Virus record (IMG/VR): IMGVR_UViG_3300023174_005626
Location: 32,001 to 96,000 of that record
DNA length: 64,000 nucleotides
Direction: 5' to 3' (one strand)
DNA from: a virus
Lineage: Duplodnaviria; Caudoviricetes
Shown: positions 60,346 through 64,000 of the stretch, one piece after another
Layout: every line of letters starts with the position of its first letter
How positions within the stretch are numbered: the stretch's first letter is position 1
Position numbers and translations under genes: made by a program
The notes under the pieces: model-generated
Database searches by the model: none
The model's input: only the letters and a program-made list of their open reading frames with translations
Told to the model about the DNA's origin: nothing

Positions 60346-60371
60346 AAAAAGGACCTCACGGGGTCCTTTTT
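60346..60371. terminator. Bidirectional intrinsic terminator
   Basis: AAAAAGGACC..GGTCCTTTTT between convergent genes. Confidence 0.8.
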
Positions 60372-60374
60372 CAT

Positions 60375-61211
60375 TTATAGTTTGTTTCCACAAGACGGAC
60401 AGAATTTGTAATTCTTTTTTGTCTTGGTCCCACACTCAGTACAATATTGTCTAATTTCTTCAACATTAATATTTTTTGTACTCAAAGGTTGAATCTTAAA
60501 GTTAATTATATGTAACGTATAATAATTGAATTGTTCATATGAATTGGTGAAGTCTTGATTAGATTGCTCACCTTTTTCAACTCTACCTGTTTCAATTGAT
60601 TTATTGTTTTTCTTACTTGGTTTTGATGACCTCAACAATGTATTTGATACATCAAATTTACTTTTTGAAGTGGTTGGTGTAACAGAACTTGTAAAAATCG
60701 CATTTGAAGTATTGTAACTTGTTGTAGTTGTATTATATCCCACTCCTCCTGTGGTACTAATTGTTGTTCCAAATTGTGGAGTATAATCATTAGTACGACT
60801 TCCGTAGACTACACCACTCCCATACATAGCTCTGTTAGAAATAAGAAAATTATTATTAATTTCTTGTTCATCATAGAACTCAATTAATACATCCCCATTT
60901 AAATCAATTGCAGACCTATTTTCAGACGTATCTTTTACATTGTAGGTACTGAACTCAAACTTGTTATTAGAGTCAAGGAAACGTTCTAAAAACACTCTCT
61001 GACCTGGTCTTAATACAACACCACTCGTGGAAATGTATTCACCATTTAATTTAATCTTACAGAGAACCGATTTTTGTTTAGGATTGTGAATTTCAAATTC
61101 AAAATTGTCTTTATCATTTAAGAAGACAATGTGGCCATTATAGACCTTTAAACGTGACTTTTTCTTTGTGATGTGCGCAGTCGGTTTGCCCACTTGTGTT
61201 GCGTAATTCAT
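60375..61211 (-). CDS. Hypothetical protein with a C-terminal zinc ribbon
   Basis: YCTECG..FCPSCG; beta-sandwich-like N-domain and an S/T-rich linker. Confidence 0.65.
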   Translation of the reverse strand: MNYATQVGKPTAHITKKKSRLKVYNGHIVFLNDKDNFEFEIHNPKQKSVLCKIKLNGEYISTSGVVLRPGQRVFLERFLDSNNKFEFSTYNVKDTSENRSAIDLNGDVLIEFYDEQEINNNFLISNRAMYGSGVVYGSRTNDYTPQFGTTISTTGGVGYNTTTTSYNTSNAIFTSSVTPTTSKSKFDVSNTLLRSSKPSKKNNKSIETGRVEKGEQSNQDFTNSYEQFNYYTLHIINFKIQPLSTKNINVEEIRQYCTECGTKTKKNYKFCPSCGNKL

Positions 61212-61336
61212 GTTTTTTTAATTTTATATTAGCTTATGACTACGTTACCAATACCTTTGTATCCGTGAATACTCTACAGTCGTTAAGACTGGGGACTGAT
61301 AAACTAAAATCTATTAATAATTATACAAAAAATTAT

Positions 61337-61367
61337 TTTGATGAAAACAATAAATTACATATCTTTG
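61337..61367 (+). promoter_or_regulatory. Bacteroidota-type housekeeping promoter (-33 TTTG / -7 TAnnTTTG)
   Basis: TTTG (61337-40), N19, TATCTTTG (61360-67), ATG at 61373. Confidence 0.7.
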
Positions 61368-61372
61368 TATCT

Positions 61373-61723
61373 ATGAAAAAAATATTATTTCTTTTTTTGA
61401 TAATTATATCGTCAGTTTCTTTTGGACAAAAGAAAACCGAAGGCAGTCCCTTAGTTAACTATGTTTCAAAAAAAATAAATCAAGACGTAACTTTTGTCGT
61501 TTGGGAAGAAAAAAAAGACTCATTTAGAGTCCATGAAATAACTTATTATGATTTCAAAAAAGAAGATTATATTACTTTGAATGAATCAAACATTAAAATA
61601 AAATATCCAGAACTGTTAGATTGGTTTACAATTAAAGTAAATTTTCCATTGCGTCGTACCAACAGGACAAACGTTAATAACCTTAAGATTATCAATACCG
61701 TCAACCTTAGGAATTGGCCCTAA
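61373..61723 (+). CDS. Small secreted protein with a Sec signal peptide
   Basis: MKKILFLFLIIISSVSFG|Q is a typical Bacteroidota-style signal peptide. Confidence 0.6.
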   Translation: MKKILFLFLIIISSVSFGQKKTEGSPLVNYVSKKINQDVTFVVWEEKKDSFRVHEITYYDFKKEDYITLNESNIKIKYPELLDWFTIKVNFPLRRTNRTNVNNLKIINTVNLRNWP

Positions 61724-62845
61724 ATTTTTAACAATATTGGCACCAATATTTGACGTTATTATACCCCAAGGAAAATTTGGTCCTAATTTTCTTAAAAGTT
61801 TTCCTTTCCGACCATCACCGTCAAATTCTTTAAAGGCATCCATATATTCAAAATTACTTAAAGGGGCACCATATGAAAAAGTATTTTTAAAACTATCATT
61901 TAGACTCCAATCCCTCATTGCAGGTAAAGCTTTGTCCAATCTTGGGTCATCCATACTTATTCTTTCGTAAGTTGTAGTACCGTATTGAACAGGCAATTCC
62001 CCTCCTCCATATTTTGCCATCAAAGCAGTCCCTAAAAATATTCTATACTCATCTGAAGAATCTCCTCTAAACATGGCATCTCCATATGTCTTTCCATTAT
62101 ACTCAAAGTATATTATGTCAGGTTGAAAATAGGTTTCAAATGTAATATAAACGTTACCCTCGCCAGCCCCTAATGTTTTGTCGTATATTTTTGTATAATT
62201 ATTTTTATGTAATAGGTATCCTCCTCCAGCATTTAAAGGGGATGTATTACAAAGTAATTTTGTTTTTGTAGTTGTTACACTTTTAGTACCTTCACCAGTA
62301 ATATCAAAATTTACAAATTGTTCTTCGGAATACTCTTTGGCATATTTTTTTTTGAATGACTGCGATTGTAATTTATCATAAGGTGTTTTACCTATTACTA
62401 CATCGGAAGTACTTTTAGGTGCATTTATAACTAGTGTACCTTGTTTTATTAACTCTGGAAATAACTCTTCAAAATATCTTTTTACACTATTGGCTCTAGC
62501 AAATGCTAAGCTACCCTTTTCTTCAAAACCTTTTGGATTTGTTACTTGAGATTCTCCCGCACTGATGTTGACTATAAATTTTGAAGAATCCGAATCTTTA
62601 ATAAACTTTTCTATTTGAGGTTTTAAATCAGATAATGATTTTTTAACTACATCAGATTCATATTTACCAAATTCAAATTTATTCCCAAGATTTGTTTTTG
62701 GAAAATTTTTATTTTCAGTTTTAGTTTCGGTACCAACAACAACAGATGTTTGTTCTGACAAATATAAATTTTTTGTAGCTGTTTCATGAATATTTAATAT
62801 TCTATATTTTTCTTCACTACTAATATTCCAACTTTGTTTAATCAT
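61616..62845 (-). CDS. Late protein with an OmpA-like domain
   Basis: FEFGKY..IVNISAGESQVTN..SLAFARANSVKRYF; two TATTTAT motifs upstream (62850-56, 62861-67). Confidence 0.55.
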   Translation of the reverse strand: MIKQSWNISSEEKYRILNIHETATKNLYLSEQTSVVVGTETKTENKNFPKTNLGNKFEFGKYESDVVKKSLSDLKPQIEKFIKDSDSSKFIVNISAGESQVTNPKGFEEKGSLAFARANSVKRYFEELFPELIKQGTLVINAPKSTSDVVIGKTPYDKLQSQSFKKKYAKEYSEEQFVNFDITGEGTKSVTTTKTKLLCNTSPLNAGGGYLLHKNNYTKIYDKTLGAGEGNVYITFETYFQPDIIYFEYNGKTYGDAMFRGDSSDEYRIFLGTALMAKYGGGELPVQYGTTTYERISMDDPRLDKALPAMRDWSLNDSFKNTFSYGAPLSNFEYMDAFKEFDGDGRKGKLLRKLGPNFPWGIITSNIGANIVKNLGPIPKVDGIDNLKVINVCPVGTTQWKIYFNCKPI

Positions 62846-62865
62846 GTTTATAAATATCTTATAAA

Positions 62866-62895
62866 TAAAAAAAGGGTCCCTTGTGAGGACCCTTT
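62866..62895 (-). terminator. Intrinsic terminator after the major capsid gene
   Basis: AAAGGGTCC/GGACCCTTT stem followed by a T run on the minus strand. Confidence 0.8.
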
Positions 62896-62917
62896 CGTAT
62901 AATTGGTTTGGACCAGA

Positions 62918-64000
62918 TTATCTTAACTCTTTTAAGTCAAATGTTCTAACTCCATCAACTGTGATTCTACCATAGAATCTGTTGTTCACCATTTTCTTAG
63001 CGTATCTAGTCATGATACCTTTGATTGGTGTGAAGTTAAATGGATTGTACATAGTTGGAGTAAGTTGTAAAGGTACATATGGTGCGTAAATGTAACCAGT
63101 GTCTAATAAAGACGTACCTTTATGTCCAATCAACACTTGGTTTGGTGGGAAGTAAGGGTCTCTATAAACTTGGTATCTACCAGCTAAAGTACCTACTCTC
63201 TCAATACCCATGTTGTATTGGTCTTGCTCTGGAGCCGCATTTGATACGTGGAAATATTCCAAATCATCAAAAATTGCACTGATTTCAGAAGAAACCACAA
63301 TCCAGTTAGCACCACCTCTTAAGGTAGACTTGTGAATTTGTGCAGATAATTGGTTGATTGCAGTAATCAATGTTTGGTTCCAGTCTTTTTGTGTGTAAGG
63401 TTGAGCGTTACCGCCTAATCTCTTCCAACCGTTGTAATCCCATCTTAAGTTCCAAGCCGCACCTTTTCTAAGGTCTCTCAAGATTTCTCTATCAATTTCA
63501 GCTGCAACTTGCTCAGATAATAAAGCTGTTAATTCAGCTTCAGCATCAATGTTGTGGAATGCTGCAACGTCTTGTGCCATTTCTGGAGACCATTGAGCTC
63601 TTAATTTTCTTTCAGTTACAGAAACTGTTACTGACATAAGGTCAAACGAAACCTCACCGATTCTATCTTCAAATTCTAAGTTCTTATAGATTCTATAAGT
63701 CGCTGAGAATGCGTTATTATTTGCAGTTGAAGAAGAGAATGTTGAACCTGTATAACCGTCCATAGAACCACCACAAGTGATACATACTGGAACTTGTAAA
63801 TCAACTTCTAAATAAATTTGACCGTTTACATCACAAATGTTATCATATTGACCACCATCTGTTAATGAGTTAGGGAAAACTGCAGTTTGGTTGTTGTTAC
63901 CATATTGAACAATACCTTTACCATATCTTTGAGTTACAACTCTGAATAAGTAAGGACCACCACCTGCGGTTGTTGTGTTTGTAGAAACACCATTGATTGT
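62918..64000 (-). CDS. gp23: Major capsid protein (T4 gp23-like), 3' part
   Basis: RKLRAQWSPEMAQDVAAFHNIDAEAELTALLSEQVAAEIDREI, GYIYAPYVPL, GIMTRYA; the frame is open to the window edge. Confidence 0.95.
   Translation of the reverse strand, partial: TINGVSTNTTTAGGGPYLFRVVTQRYGKGIVQYGNNNQTAVFPNSLTDGGQYDNICDVNGQIYLEVDLQVPVCITCGGSMDGYTGSTFSSSTANNNAFSATYRIYKNLEFEDRIGEVSFDLMSVTVSVTERKLRAQWSPEMAQDVAAFHNIDAEAELTALLSEQVAAEIDREILRDLRKGAAWNLRWDYNGWKRLGGNAQPYTQKDWNQTLITAINQLSAQIHKSTLRGGANWIVVSSEISAIFDDLEYFHVSNAAPEQDQYNMGIERVGTLAGRYQVYRDPYFPPNQVLIGHKGTSLLDTGYIYAPYVPLQLTPTMYNPFNFTPIKGIMTRYAKKMVNNRFYGRITVDGVRTFDLKELR

Noticed and set aside
1-64000. Stop-codon reassignment as in some Bacteroidota jumbo phages
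   Set aside because: Genes tile densely and are full length under the standard code; TAA, TGA and TAG all end genes.
1-64000. tRNA, rRNA, integrase or transposase genes
   Set aside because: None recognised; intergenic gaps are short and mostly explained by promoters and terminators.

Overview
AT-rich, gene-dense segment of a large (jumbo-type) myophage genome read with the standard bacterial code. It holds a contractile-tail module (sheath, tube, chaperone with an apparent programmed frameshift, tape measure, tube initiator, LysM-like wedge, hub), T4-like neck proteins, the 3' part of a gp23-like major capsid gene, a gp55-like late sigma factor, family B DNA polymerase, SNF2 helicase, dUTPase, PhoH, a SOD fusion, and SET and WYL proteins. 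TTTG-N19-TAnnTTTG promoters and A-rich, SD-less starts point to a Bacteroidota host (inference). The most striking signal is a putative phage-encoded virion glycosylation system. A GT60 polypeptide GlcNAc-transferase with GT25 and HtrL-like transferases lies directly behind four genes for mucin-like (Thr-Pro repeat), Cys-closed modular proteins. A second ~15 kb cluster encodes GT2/GT4/GT10/GT11 enzymes, a GDP-mannose 3,5-epimerase and four O-methyltransferases. A recurring [S/T]-G-x-T motif is strongly enriched in several structural proteins. Other patterns are a sense-strand TATTTAT late-promoter motif before about 17 genes and recurring L/I-x-E leader peptides on likely capsid-packaged proteins. 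All calls come from reading motifs by eye; no database search was run.
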